Below are positions 41,335-50,591 of a stretch of 64,000 bases of DNA, one piece after another. The notes below the pieces were generated by a model. The model saw only the letters and a list, made by a program, of their open reading frames with translations. It made no database searches and was not told the DNA's origin. Within the stretch, counting starts at the first letter, position 1, and each line of letters begins with the position of its first letter. A program made the position numbers and the translations under genes. Source of the DNA: Paramoeba atlantica (Eukaryota; Protista; Discosea); contig CDRNVI010000003.1 in the NCBI GenBank assembly GCA_977017575.1, positions 186,001 through 250,000 of the forward strand, written 5' to 3'.

Positions 41335-41915
41335 CCGCCAGAAGATCAAAACGAACAAGACCGGCACTCTCCTGAAATTAATGAGGCCGAGCGACTCATG
41401 ACGGTATTCAATGACGCCTTTGATCGTATTGCAGAACGTTTTCCACATGAGCGGCGTTCCACAGAGTTTGGCGAAATTTGCGTGCCAGACGACTTTGTAC
41501 CGGATTTGTTTGCGTTCGGGGGTGGCGAAGCATTGGCTGCATTCAACAAAGGGAGGATGCGGTAACCTGGATGAGATCACATGGCCTGTTTGAAGATGCC
41601 GTGTATTACTTCCATGAGACGGATTATCTCCGAGATATGCCAGGAAAGCCTGACATGATGGTTTGCCACCACCGTCTTCCGAATGAAAGAAACCCACTCG
41701 AACATTCTTGACACCTGCCATGCTCCTTCTTCTTTGGGCAGACGCCGCGAACCATTTATATACTAGACAGATTTGCCAGAACCGTGGAGTGCAACGGAAG
41801 GTGATGCAGAAAATTATTCGAGCGCTTGGCAACGCAGCCTTGCATCAGGAGGAGTCTTCGACCTACAAATTTGCCCAGGATGCAGGTGGACAAGACATTT
41901 ATTGGGAAATGGAAG
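41335..41915 (+). pseudogene. Degenerate Merlin-like transposase 5' part, cut by the Tc1 insertion
   Basis: AVTWMRSHGLF resembles the 25.4 and 55.4 kb remnants; LLLLWA..RQIC..GV..K; GGQDIYWEME just before the TA at 41916. Confidence 0.35.
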
Positions 41916-41981
41916 TACAACCGTGGGAACGTTCTATTGCTTCACCCTTAATGGACCAAAATGGTTCAAACTTAATACTTA

Positions 41982-43282
41982 GAGGGGTGAAACCTGCTCG
42001 GTTCTAGCGTGTTCGCCCGTGTTCGGTCGAGTTAAAAGTTCGGACACTTAAGTTGTGGAGAATATGCAGTTTCTTTCTAATCTTTTATTTTGTATTTTGT
42101 AATTGTATAGTGTAATTTGACTACCAAAAAAATACATATTTTAATAGCAGTTTTTTGTTTCGCACTTAGTTTTTCGGGCTCACTTTGAATGGAACACGAT
42201 TGGCCCCCGATCAAAACGTTTACATCGAAGACGTCTACGGAAATCCTTCCTCGGACACTTATGAACGCCTTCGTAAGTGGGTGCTCCACCAGATGAAAGA
42301 AACCTTCTTGATACCACTAACGCGTAAGGAAATAGTGGATATCAAGTTTGCGGGACTGAGCGCGGCCGAAAAAAATAGCATAAAATATGCTGAGAAGCGT
42401 ATGCCACCTGCGGATCTCCTAGATCGTATAGAAGAGAACATCTTGGAAACCTGTGCAGAATGGCTGGTAGCGCGACGGAATCTTGTTCAAGACATGGCGC
42501 ATACTGGTGTGACGCGTTCTTTGTGTGGAGTGCCCATCGACGAGCGTATATTATTGGAAGCTCTGGTCTTGTTGACTCAATCTCGTGATACGGGATTATT
42601 GTTCTTCAATGATGCTGAGCGCTCAATGCTCAACGGGGTAAAGGAAGAAGAAATGCCAGCTTATTGGCAGTGGAAAAGCTCGTGCGGGAAATGGGGATTA
42701 AACATGAAAGATGAATGATTGACACTCCTTGATGTCGATCACCCTATGTACAAGAATGGGCATCTCGCGAGGATTGTTTCTGCAAGTTTCATAAGGGGGG
42801 TGCGAATGACTCTCTCTCTATTAAGAACTACAGAACTCAGGTAACACAAGAGCTTCAAATCAAAGGAATTGAAACTGTTGGAAAGTGTTCATCAAAGTAT
42901 TAAAGAAGCCCCTAAGACGTATGTAAAATTAAGTAAAAAGCAATTGAAAGAGAAAAATAAAAGTTTGAAGGAAGGCGAAAGCAGGATTTGAAAATGAAAA
43001 AGCAAGAACGAAGAAAGAAGCATTCTGCTCTGGTAAAAGAGTTTCGATTAGACCAAAGCACTCCAAATTAGTAAAGCTAAATTATACGTGTACTGTATGT
43101 CGTGGTTTTGACAGTTTTTGCCCCATTTTAAAATCATGTACTTTACGTAATTTTTTGGGAGGTCATGGAATTTGCAATACAAATCTCAAATTTGACTAAG
43201 TATTTTTTCCCACTGAAATGGCTTAGGAGTAGCGTGTTCGCCCGTGTTCGCCCAACTGACGTTTCTGCAGGTTTCACCCCTC
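41982..43282 (+). mobile_element. 1301-bp TIR element with TTA target duplication (PIF/Harbinger- or Zator-like geometry)
   Basis: Perfect 16-bp TIR GAGGGGTGAAACCTGC (41982-41997 and 43267-43282); TTA at 41979-41981 and 43283-43285; removing it restores the Tc1 stop. Confidence 0.9.
42185..42718 (+). CDS. Cargo ORF of the 1.3-kb TIR element, unknown function, probably frameshifted
   Basis: 177 aa; an apparent continuation LTLLDVDHPMYKNGHLARIVSASFIRG.. follows in another frame; no DDE motif seen. Confidence 0.5.
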   Translation: MNGTRLAPDQNVYIEDVYGNPSSDTYERLRKWVLHQMKETFLIPLTRKEIVDIKFAGLSAAEKNSIKYAEKRMPPADLLDRIEENILETCAEWLVARRNLVQDMAHTGVTRSLCGVPIDERILLEALVLLTQSRDTGLLFFNDAERSMLNGVKEEEMPAYWQWKSSCGKWGLNMKDE

Positions 43283-43806
43283 TTAGTAAGTCCCCCATCG
43301 CTCTGATGACTGCTCTCAAACGACGGGACATGCTTTGGACAAGAGGGAGGCATGCACTTGGAGGAACTTTCGCCCATGCTTTTTGGGCGCGTTCCTGCGG
43401 GGGGGTCGGGGTGATCTGCCATTGCCTTTTTCAGTTCAATCCATAGGTTTTTTATGGGGTTTAAGTCGGGAGACTGAGGGGGCCAGTCAAGCACACACAG
43501 CTCCTGCGAATTAATAAAATCGCGAGCCTTCTTACTCGTGTGCTTCGGAGCGTTATCCTGTTGGAAGACGATCCGATCCTTCGCGACACCCAGCTTTTGT
43601 ACGGAAGGGGCAAATTTTGCTGCAGTATTTGAGCGTACTGCTCTGCGTTCATATTCCCGTGAACCAGCTCAGTGGTTCCCACACCGTGCTCCATCATGCA
43701 ACTCCATATCATGATGGAGCCGCCACCATACTTGAGCATACCTTGTGTGTTTCGCTCCGATATCTCCTCCCCAAAGTCTACCCAAACCCACCAGCTACCA
43801 TCAATA

Positions 43807-43927
43807 ACTCGGTGTACTGCGCAACAAAGATCTATAATAGGATCTACAATCTATAATAGGATCTATAATAGGAGAATAAAACCAAGTTGCTCTATTTACT
43901 ACATTACTTATGCGCAGTACACCGAGT
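43807..43927. mobile_element. 121-bp MITE with TA duplication
   Basis: 17-bp perfect TIR ACTCGGTGTACTGCGCA; TA at 43805-43806 and 43928-43929; internal GATCTATAATAG repeats. Confidence 0.85.
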
Positions 43928-44075
43928 TATTTACGAAAGATTGCCATTGAAACACTTGAAAACGGATCTTCACTTCGAATATTTACGAAGTGAGCTCAAC
44001 ACAATGGGCCCATCTAGATGGTTCCTTCGGAATTGTTTTATCATGCACTTATAGTGCAGAGATTTACTCACCATG

Positions 44076-44612
44076 TCCTTATCCCGCATACGACGGGTGG
44101 ATCATGTGAGGTTTCGTCCTCGCCGGAGGTGTGCGGGTGCGGAGAGCTGGCGTCCCAGGTGCAGAGAGCTCGGTTGTCATGTGCAGGTGCAGAGAGCCGG
44201 ATGCGTAATCCCCATATTACAGTTTCGGGGGCAATCCGGGTGCAGAGAGCTGCGACAGAGCCGAGGTGCGGAGAGCTGGGCGACCGCCAGGTGCAGAGAA
44301 CCGAGTCTCGTCGGCGGAGGACACGCCTAGTGGTCCTCAAGGGAGGCCACCGTGACGCATGGCCCTCTCGGAGAGGAAAAAAACAAGTCGAAAAAAGCCG
44401 AGAGGGGGAAGCACACTCACTCCAGGGGAGTGAGTCGGGGAGGGGTGAAGGGGTGAAAGCGCGTCCCCTGCTTCAGCGACAAGAGGGACAGTTCCGACCT
44501 TAGTGCCGGCCGGCAACGGGCATAAAAATACAGTAAGAGTATGCCCGTTGCCGGGGAAAGAAAGGATTAACTAAGGAAAAAGTACAAACAAGGTACAGAA
44601 ACTGTATCTTTT
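44076..44612 (-). mobile_element. SL-exon-headed structured repeat, copy C
   Basis: Minus strand begins AAAAGATACAGTTTCTGTACCTTGTTTGTAC; near-identical to copy B; abuts LRR coding sequence. Confidence 0.85.
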
Positions 44613-44613
44613 T

Positions 44614-44810
44614 CAAATTTTGCAACTCCGAGGGGAGAAACGTAAGATCAGTACCACCTCCGAGCTTTTGACCAGCAACATTTAAACCTTGTACGGTTTG
44701 AGGAAGATGAACCCAGGAAAGAGTACCTTCCTTTGGTATAGTGAGATAGAAAACCCCAGTCTAGCATGCGTCAAATAACATGCTGTTCGATTCGAATCAC
44801 ACCAGGGTCC
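44614..44810 (-). pseudogene. LRR pseudogene, middle fragment
   Basis: Nucleotide similarity to about 37797-37995 of the intact LRR gene. Confidence 0.75.
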
Positions 44811-44888
44811 AGGCAACTCGCCCTCTCTTTACGCAGCCGGAGGGGCGCACTGCAACCGACCGCCGCCTCGCGATAATGCGAGGCAGAG

Positions 44889-45173
44889 TCACGCCCAGTG
44901 GTGCTCAAGGGAGGCCACCATAGCGCATAGCTCCCGGGAAAAGACAGGCACGAGAAGAAGAGAGCCGGGGAGGGAAGAAGACTCACTCAAGGAGTGAGCC
45001 GGGGAGGGGTGAAAAGTCAGAAGTACGTCCCCTACTTCCACGACAAAGAGGGACAGTCCCTGATACCCGTCAGCCGGAAACGGGTAATTAAAGGGAAAAT
45101 GTATGCCCGTTTCCGGGAAAAGAAAGGAAGGGCTAGCAAAATGTACCAACAAGGTACAGAAACTGTACCTTTA
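44889..45173 (-). mobile_element. SL-exon-headed structured repeat, copy D (diverged subfamily, partial)
   Basis: Minus strand begins TAAAGGTACAGTTTCTGTACCTTGTTG|GTAC; the same three hairpins as B and C with diverged loops. Confidence 0.8.
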
Positions 45174-45262
45174 TGCCGTAGCGCAACTTCTTGAGGAAGG
45201 AGAGATGCATCGACACGTCCGCGGCGTAGATCAGAGCCATCGTCCAAACTTCTTACAAACAT
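45174..45262 (-). pseudogene. LRR pseudogene, N-terminal fragment
   Basis: MFVRSLDDGSDLRRGRVDASLLPQEVAL is almost identical to the N-terminus of 37354..38166. Confidence 0.88.
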
Positions 45263-45739
45263 AAAAGGAGAAATGAGGAAAACCAAGAGGTGATATCGTC
45301 ATAATGGAATTCTCTATTTTTTTAAAAGAACAGAAAAGAGAAGAGCTTGCAAAAAATTATAAAATAACGTTCAAGTTACTTCATTGAAAAAAGCTTTCAC
45401 GCTCCCTGAGATATTATTGATGTCTATGATAATGTAAATTTTGTCAAAATATATAGAAAGTATAATAATAATATAATATTTTATAATGTTAATGTAAAAT
45501 GTATTCAAAAATATTTTTAATTTTTTTTTAAAAATAAGTTTTCTTCCTGAAGAAAGAAATGCGAATGAAAGTTTCATTATGAAACTGTCATTAGTTTTTT
45601 GTTTTTATGTAACATATTTTGCTGAGTAACAGGAAGCCCAGTTTTTTAAAGATTTGTAACGTTTGAATATCCGCACACATGCATAAATGATATGAAAGAA
45701 TTTTAATTCACAAAATTACCTAAAAAACGTAAAGATAAA

Positions 45740-46471
45740 TCAATCGATGCGTACCGAACCAGGTAATGGCTTTGGTAGATAATCGAATATTCTATTTTTC
45801 GTGAGATCAATATGCTTTATGGACTTCGGAAGATAACGAAAATCGCAAAATCCAGAAAATTGATTGGCTTGAAGAAAGAGGTACTGGACCTCGTTTGGGA
45901 GTTTAGTCAAGTCTAGGCTTCCCGAAAAGAAGTTGTTGCTCACAGACACGCAAAGCAGAGCACTCGGAAGCGTAGTCAGGTTCAATGAACCTTCTAGCTC
46001 ATTTGTGTGCACGGAAAAATCCTCCATGGAGGGAGAAAGGCGATCCAAGTCTATAATCCCGGAGAATTTATTTCTGGACAGCCACAGAACTGCCAAAGAA
46101 GGCGGAAGATTCGTAAGGCCCAACGAACCGTGTAGCTTATTAGTGTTAAAGCGAAGTGTGTGTAACTCTGGAGGCAACTCGTCGAGATTAATGGATCCGG
46201 TCAGACTATTATCTCCAAGAATAAGTTGCTTGACGGACAGCGGAGCTCGCTCCAGATCTAGACTGCCACGTAAGTTTTTGCTTTCCCAGAGAATGAACCG
46301 GACTTCTTTTCCTGAATCATCATCGCAATGCACACCCTCCCAGTCACAAGCCGGAGTGTGAGTGTTCCACGTTGCCCTTGGGTTTTCTATCGACTCAATG
46401 AAAACCCCTAATTGGAATTCTGGAGGGAGCTGGGATCCCCGAACTCTACCCTTTCGTATATTTACGTCCAT
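45740..46471 (-). CDS. Leucine-rich repeat protein
   Basis: RKGRVRGSQLPPE..CDWEGVHC cap and LRRs. Confidence 0.88.
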   Translation of the reverse strand: MDVNIRKGRVRGSQLPPEFQLGVFIESIENPRATWNTHTPACDWEGVHCDDDSGKEVRFILWESKNLRGSLDLERAPLSVKQLILGDNSLTGSINLDELPPELHTLRFNTNKLHGSLGLTNLPPSLAVLWLSRNKFSGIIDLDRLSPSMEDFSVHTNELEGSLNLTTLPSALLCVSVSNNFFSGSLDLTKLPNEVQYLFLQANQFSGFCDFRYLPKSIKHIDLTKNRIFDYLPKPLPGSVRID

Positions 46472-46760
46472 CGACTAGAGCGTTGCTTTGATCCGAATCT
46501 TCAGGGGTAAGAAGCTAATGAAGTAAATAAGAGGTCTAAATAAAAGGTCTGTATATTACTATATCAAATTTATGAAGGAATGCGTAAACAATGAAGTTGC
46601 GAGATCGCAAGTTGAAGTACTTTTCAAAAATTACTGGTGTACTTATTTTTATTCTAAGAGGTTGCTGTAATTTTACGTGTAAGATCTAGTGTATTCCGTA
46701 TGGAGAAAAGTGACAGCCTAACGTTCACCAAATGGTACTGTCGCTCTTGTGCTCATTTGT

Positions 46761-48068
46761 TTACTTACACTGAATAGAGCATGATATTCCAGAGGCAGCG
46801 CGAAATATGCGGTCGGAAACTGCAGCTACTATATTATCAAGACAATCTTCTTTTTGATGTACGATCGGAAGAAGAATTGCCTTGGCGCAGGGGACATTTT
46901 CTGCCATTCGCATAAATGCATATAAGGATCTCGCTGCATCTTCTTCGTTCTCATTCACAGCCAGTTCAAAGTATTGTTTGGCGTGAGCGCGAAGTGAAAT
47001 GAAATGTGCCCCGTAGTCAATGAGAACACAATCTTCAATAGACAATGCCAAAAAAGAATCGCTCTTCAGATCGGGGACCACACGTATTTGAAAACCTGGT
47101 TTCTCAAGACCCTTTTGCTGCTCGCATCTCACTTTATTTAGTTCATTTAAAGAAAGAAGATAAGCGGGTATGCGCGGGGCATAGTGTGTAAGGAGCTGAC
47201 CTGGTGCATCCAGGGTCATGGTTCGGCTACTTTCATAGTGTGCTTCCCGAACGGAAATAGCAATATCTGCAAGACTGTGATCATCAAGACATCGGCGTAA
47301 ATTGCTAAATGTCACTTTTCCTCTTCGTAAAATTTCAATGTACTTACAGTTGTGTGTGAGATTCGTCGTATCCGGAGTGTCTTCTGGATGCACGCGTACA
47401 ACAGTGGATTCAATTCCAACAGAGGGATTTGCTTGCGCACCCCCGTTTATAATTAACAGCGATTCATGTCCGGAAAACAGGCTCAAGTCTTTCTCATAAT
47501 CCTCGAAATCTGAAGCCACATGTGCCGCAGTGGTGGGAGACACATGACCGAACCTATTTGCACTTGGGGCCGCGATGGGAAGTTTACTCTGCTGAAGCAA
47601 TCGTAGCGCAGCCATGTTGGATGGCACACGAACTCCCACCGTTCTGATCTGAGAACGAGACATTTGAGTCGATTGGCTAGATGCCCGGTTAGGAGATGGA
47701 ATGCCGCATACTACATTGGGGACGTGTGCAGCTGCAGGATGGACTATAGTAAGGGGGCCCGGCCAAAACGTTTTGGCCAAGGCATTGATGACATTAACAC
47801 AAGACGACGGCAAACGAGGGAACACGTTTGAGGAAGGTAAATCCCACAGCGGTAGGGCAAGAGATAAATCGGAGACGTGGACTATTAGTGGATCAGTTGG
47901 CGGTCGACCCTTGAGAGCAAAAATCTTTTTACAAGCTGATGCATCTAATGCGTTGGCACCTAATCCGTACACCGTTTCTGTAGGAAAGGCAACAAGTTTA
48001 CCCTCCTGCAAAGCTTGAGAACAACGCGTCACGTTTCCCTCAGTGTAATCCAAGCACTCAATGATCAT
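46761..48068 (-). CDS. SUA5: Threonylcarbamoyl-AMP synthase (Sua5/YrdC)
   Basis: VAFPTETVYGLGA, KGRPPTDPLIVH, FWPGPLT, GVRVP, APSANRFG, GIESTV, APGQLLTHYAP. Confidence 0.95.
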   Translation of the reverse strand: MIIECLDYTEGNVTRCSQALQEGKLVAFPTETVYGLGANALDASACKKIFALKGRPPTDPLIVHVSDLSLALPLWDLPSSNVFPRLPSSCVNVINALAKTFWPGPLTIVHPAAAHVPNVVCGIPSPNRASSQSTQMSRSQIRTVGVRVPSNMAALRLLQQSKLPIAAPSANRFGHVSPTTAAHVASDFEDYEKDLSLFSGHESLLIINGGAQANPSVGIESTVVRVHPEDTPDTTNLTHNCKYIEILRRGKVTFSNLRRCLDDHSLADIAISVREAHYESSRTMTLDAPGQLLTHYAPRIPAYLLSLNELNKVRCEQQKGLEKPGFQIRVVPDLKSDSFLALSIEDCVLIDYGAHFISLRAHAKQYFELAVNENEEDAARSLYAFMRMAENVPCAKAILLPIVHQKEDCLDNIVAAVSDRIFRAASGISCSIQCK

Positions 48069-48337
48069 GAGAGTTCAATAATTCGATGATATCAATTCTA
48101 GACCATAAAAGCGATATTGTGTGCGTAGAAGAGAATAAACTCCTTTTTATTGAAAAAAGTTTCCTGTATGTATTATTCTTTGGACTAAGGATCCCATGAA
48201 TTAAATTATTCCCATGCACTGAATAACTTAATGCTGTAAAACCCGAGAACCGTTTTTAATAACCATAGCAGAGGCCATGGCATCAACACTGAAAGTGCGA
48301 TGGGTTTGACACCAGATATTTAAGACCTGGCGTAATG

Positions 48338-49213
48338 TTAGGACCTGGTATCATATGAGTTTTTTGTGCCTCTGCGGGAGAGTAACCCCGGCCACGTATC
48401 CAACCCAAATCGCTCCATCGTACCACAGGATTGAATCAACGCGTGACGTCCTTGCGCTTTCCTTGGTTGTGGCGCCAAAGTACCGTCGACTTCGGACCTC
48501 TCGTGTGTTCGAACAGGTCCATTTCGATGGTACATTGCAACAAGATAACACTCCGCAGAACACTGCCTACACGCCTCCGGGCTTGTTGTACGTGAGATCT
48601 CAAAACACTCACGCGCACGACGTACCAGTGGCAACGTGTAGCTCTCCCCGCCCAACAGCTTACACACGAAATGCCCCCCACGAGAGAGGTTAGCTACCGC
48701 AAAATTCAGCGCCTCCAAATTCAGTGCCACACTCGAGGTGAAATCCCGAACCGCTACCCCGGAACGTTGGTGACTGCACATATCACTCAACACCACATCC
48801 AACCCGGAGCGTTGCACAAAGTACCGGCGAAGCTTTTCCTGTGCGAGTTCTGTTGTGAAATCCCCTTGCAACAGCAGCACCGGCGGGAGGGTCTCGTTTT
48901 CTCCCTCCTTCCTTACGTCTGGACGAACCGGAAGAGGCTCCGTGGGGCGCAAATCCATCCCGACGACGGTGCATGGGCTTCCCACACGCTGGCGCACGAC
49001 CTGCAGCCATGATCCCGGGGCACACCCCAGGTCGAGCACCCCGTGCGTGTGAACCTTCGATAGAAGATGAAACCGGTCATCGAGCTGACAAAGCTTAAGC
49101 GCACTACGGCAGCGGTACCCGAGACGCGCGGACTCCCGGACGTGGGGGTCGTGGTGCTGGCGGATGGCCCAAGACCGGGGACGGAGGCGGTGGGAGGCGG
49201 TGGGGGAGAGCAT
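48338..49213 (-). CDS. MRM2: FtsJ/RrmJ-family rRNA 2'-O-methyltransferase (probably mitochondrial MRM2-like)
   Basis: YRCRSALKLCQLD, LDLGCAPGSW, VLSDM, GGHFVCKL; K-D-K-E tetrad pattern. Confidence 0.85.
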   Translation of the reverse strand: MLSPTASHRLRPRSWAIRQHHDPHVRESARLGYRCRSALKLCQLDDRFHLLSKVHTHGVLDLGCAPGSWLQVVRQRVGSPCTVVGMDLRPTEPLPVRPDVRKEGENETLPPVLLLQGDFTTELAQEKLRRYFVQRSGLDVVLSDMCSHQRSGVAVRDFTSSVALNLEALNFAVANLSRGGHFVCKLLGGESYTLPLVRRARECFEISRTTSPEACRQCSAECYLVAMYHRNGPVRTHERSEVDGTLAPQPRKAQGRHALIQSCGTMERFGLDTWPGLLSRRGTKNSYDTRS

Positions 49214-49575
49214 GGAGGGGAGGGGGGAGGGTCATGAAGAGTAGGGTTTACTAAATTAAAGCGGGAGAGAAGAGATCGAGGAAAAAAGAAAGAATGAGGT
49301 AAAGCTTGGGTAACGGAGGTGAGAGGTGCGAAATAGGAAAAGGAGGTAGAGCGAAAAGGATCACCTTTTTAATATGCATGCAATAGAATGGACAAAGCAA
49401 ATAAAAATCTATGGTTTCTGTTGCGGTGACATGTAGCGTCCAGGACAAGAACCTAAACACGAAGTCATGTGGTGCCCACCACACAACAAGCGCCCATCTA
49501 TTGTACAACCCGGCAACACTCTGCGTCCACTCTTTCAAAATACTCCCTACTTGAGCCAACCCTCCACCTCTTTTC

Positions 49576-50331
49576 TCACAACATCTCATACAACCCCAGC
49601 GCCCCTAGCGCCGCAATAATCCCCGCCAGGTACGGTTCCAGCGACCCTTTCTCACTATCCCGCACCCTCCCCCGCGCCGGGGCCTGATCCGGCCACACCA
49701 GCACCTTATTCCGGCGCAGGTCCAGCAACCGCAGCCGCGGCGACAGCCGCTGGATATCCACCACCCCCGAGAGCTCGTTATCCTGCAGCAGGATATGCTC
49801 CAGCCTCGGGGGCAGCGCCCCGACCTCGATCCCCCCCGTGAAGTGGTTCGAGCACAGCGCGAGCATCTGCAGCGGGGCGGGGAGCGCGGTGAGGTCCACG
49901 GCCCCCGTGAAGGCGTTGTAGGAGAGCCGCAGGGAGCGCAGCCCGGGGGGGAGGGCGCCCCAGTCCACGTCCCCCGTCAGGCGGTTCCACCCCACGTGGA
50001 ACCACAGCACCGAGGGGGGGAGGTGGGCCCAGGAGAGGTTGCCGAGGAGCCCGGCGCGCTCGAGGTTGACCTTCTCGAGGCCCCGGTGCGGGTCCTCGAA
50101 GGCCCCCGCGGTGAGGAGGGTCTGCACGACCGGGTCGTACTGCGCCCGGATGATGTGTTGGAAGAAGCGCTGGAGCTGCTGCTGGGGGGTGGGGAGGAGG
50201 GCGCGGGAGGGTTTCCCGAGGCGGGGGGAGGGGGAGGGGGGAGGGGGGGCGTCGGAGGGGGTGGTGAGGAGGGGGTGAGGGGAGGGGGAGAGAAGGAGGA
50301 GGGCGAGGGGGAGGAGAGGGGTGAGCAGCAT
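49576..50331 (-). CDS. Leucine-rich repeat protein with signal-like N-terminus and hydrophobic C-terminus
   Basis: MLLTPLLPLALLLLS leader, LRRs, and YLAGIIAALGALGLY tail. Confidence 0.8.
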   Translation of the reverse strand: MLLTPLLPLALLLLSPSPHPLLTTPSDAPPPPSPSPRLGKPSRALLPTPQQQLQRFFQHIIRAQYDPVVQTLLTAGAFEDPHRGLEKVNLERAGLLGNLSWAHLPPSVLWFHVGWNRLTGDVDWGALPPGLRSLRLSYNAFTGAVDLTALPAPLQMLALCSNHFTGGIEVGALPPRLEHILLQDNELSGVVDIQRLSPRLRLLDLRRNKVLVWPDQAPARGRVRDSEKGSLEPYLAGIIAALGALGLYEML

Positions 50332-50591
50332 GGATAGGGGGGTTAAGGAAAGGGGGGTAAGGAAGAGGGGAAGGAAAAGGTGGTCTTTGGTTTTTGATGG
50401 AAAGGGTGGATGGAGGATACAGAAAGGGTTTTGGGATGAGGAAAAGTGAGGATATAAAGAAAAGGGTTTTTTGAGGTTATACAATAAAGGTTATACAATA
50501 AAGGTTATACAATAAAGGAGGATTATGAAATTTTTGAGGTTTGTAAGATGAAGTAGGGTTATGACAATATGCGCAATGTAGGTGTGTCGGA

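Larger units (their letters stand above)
41918..43990 (-). mobile_element. Tc1-family (DD34E) transposon remnant, itself carrying two nested insertions
   Basis: KYGGGSIMIWSCM, VFQQDNAPKHTS, WPPQSPDLNPIKN (catalytic E changed to K); frameshifts; the C-terminal GLTKY* is split across 43286 and 41978; Tc1-like end TA|CAACCGTGGGAACGTTCTATTGCTTCACCC at 41916. Confidence 0.85.

Noticed and set aside
44043-44125. Hammerhead ribozyme in the SL-headed element (..CCGGCGAGGACGAAAC..long hairpin..GTA on the minus strand)
   Set aside because: The core reads CCGGCGA rather than CUGANGA, stem II would have only a 2-nt loop, and stem I cannot be paired. It is only a hairpin.
50475-50518. GGTTATACAATAAA x3 tandem repeat as a regulatory signal
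   Set aside because: A simple local slippage duplication with no second occurrence.
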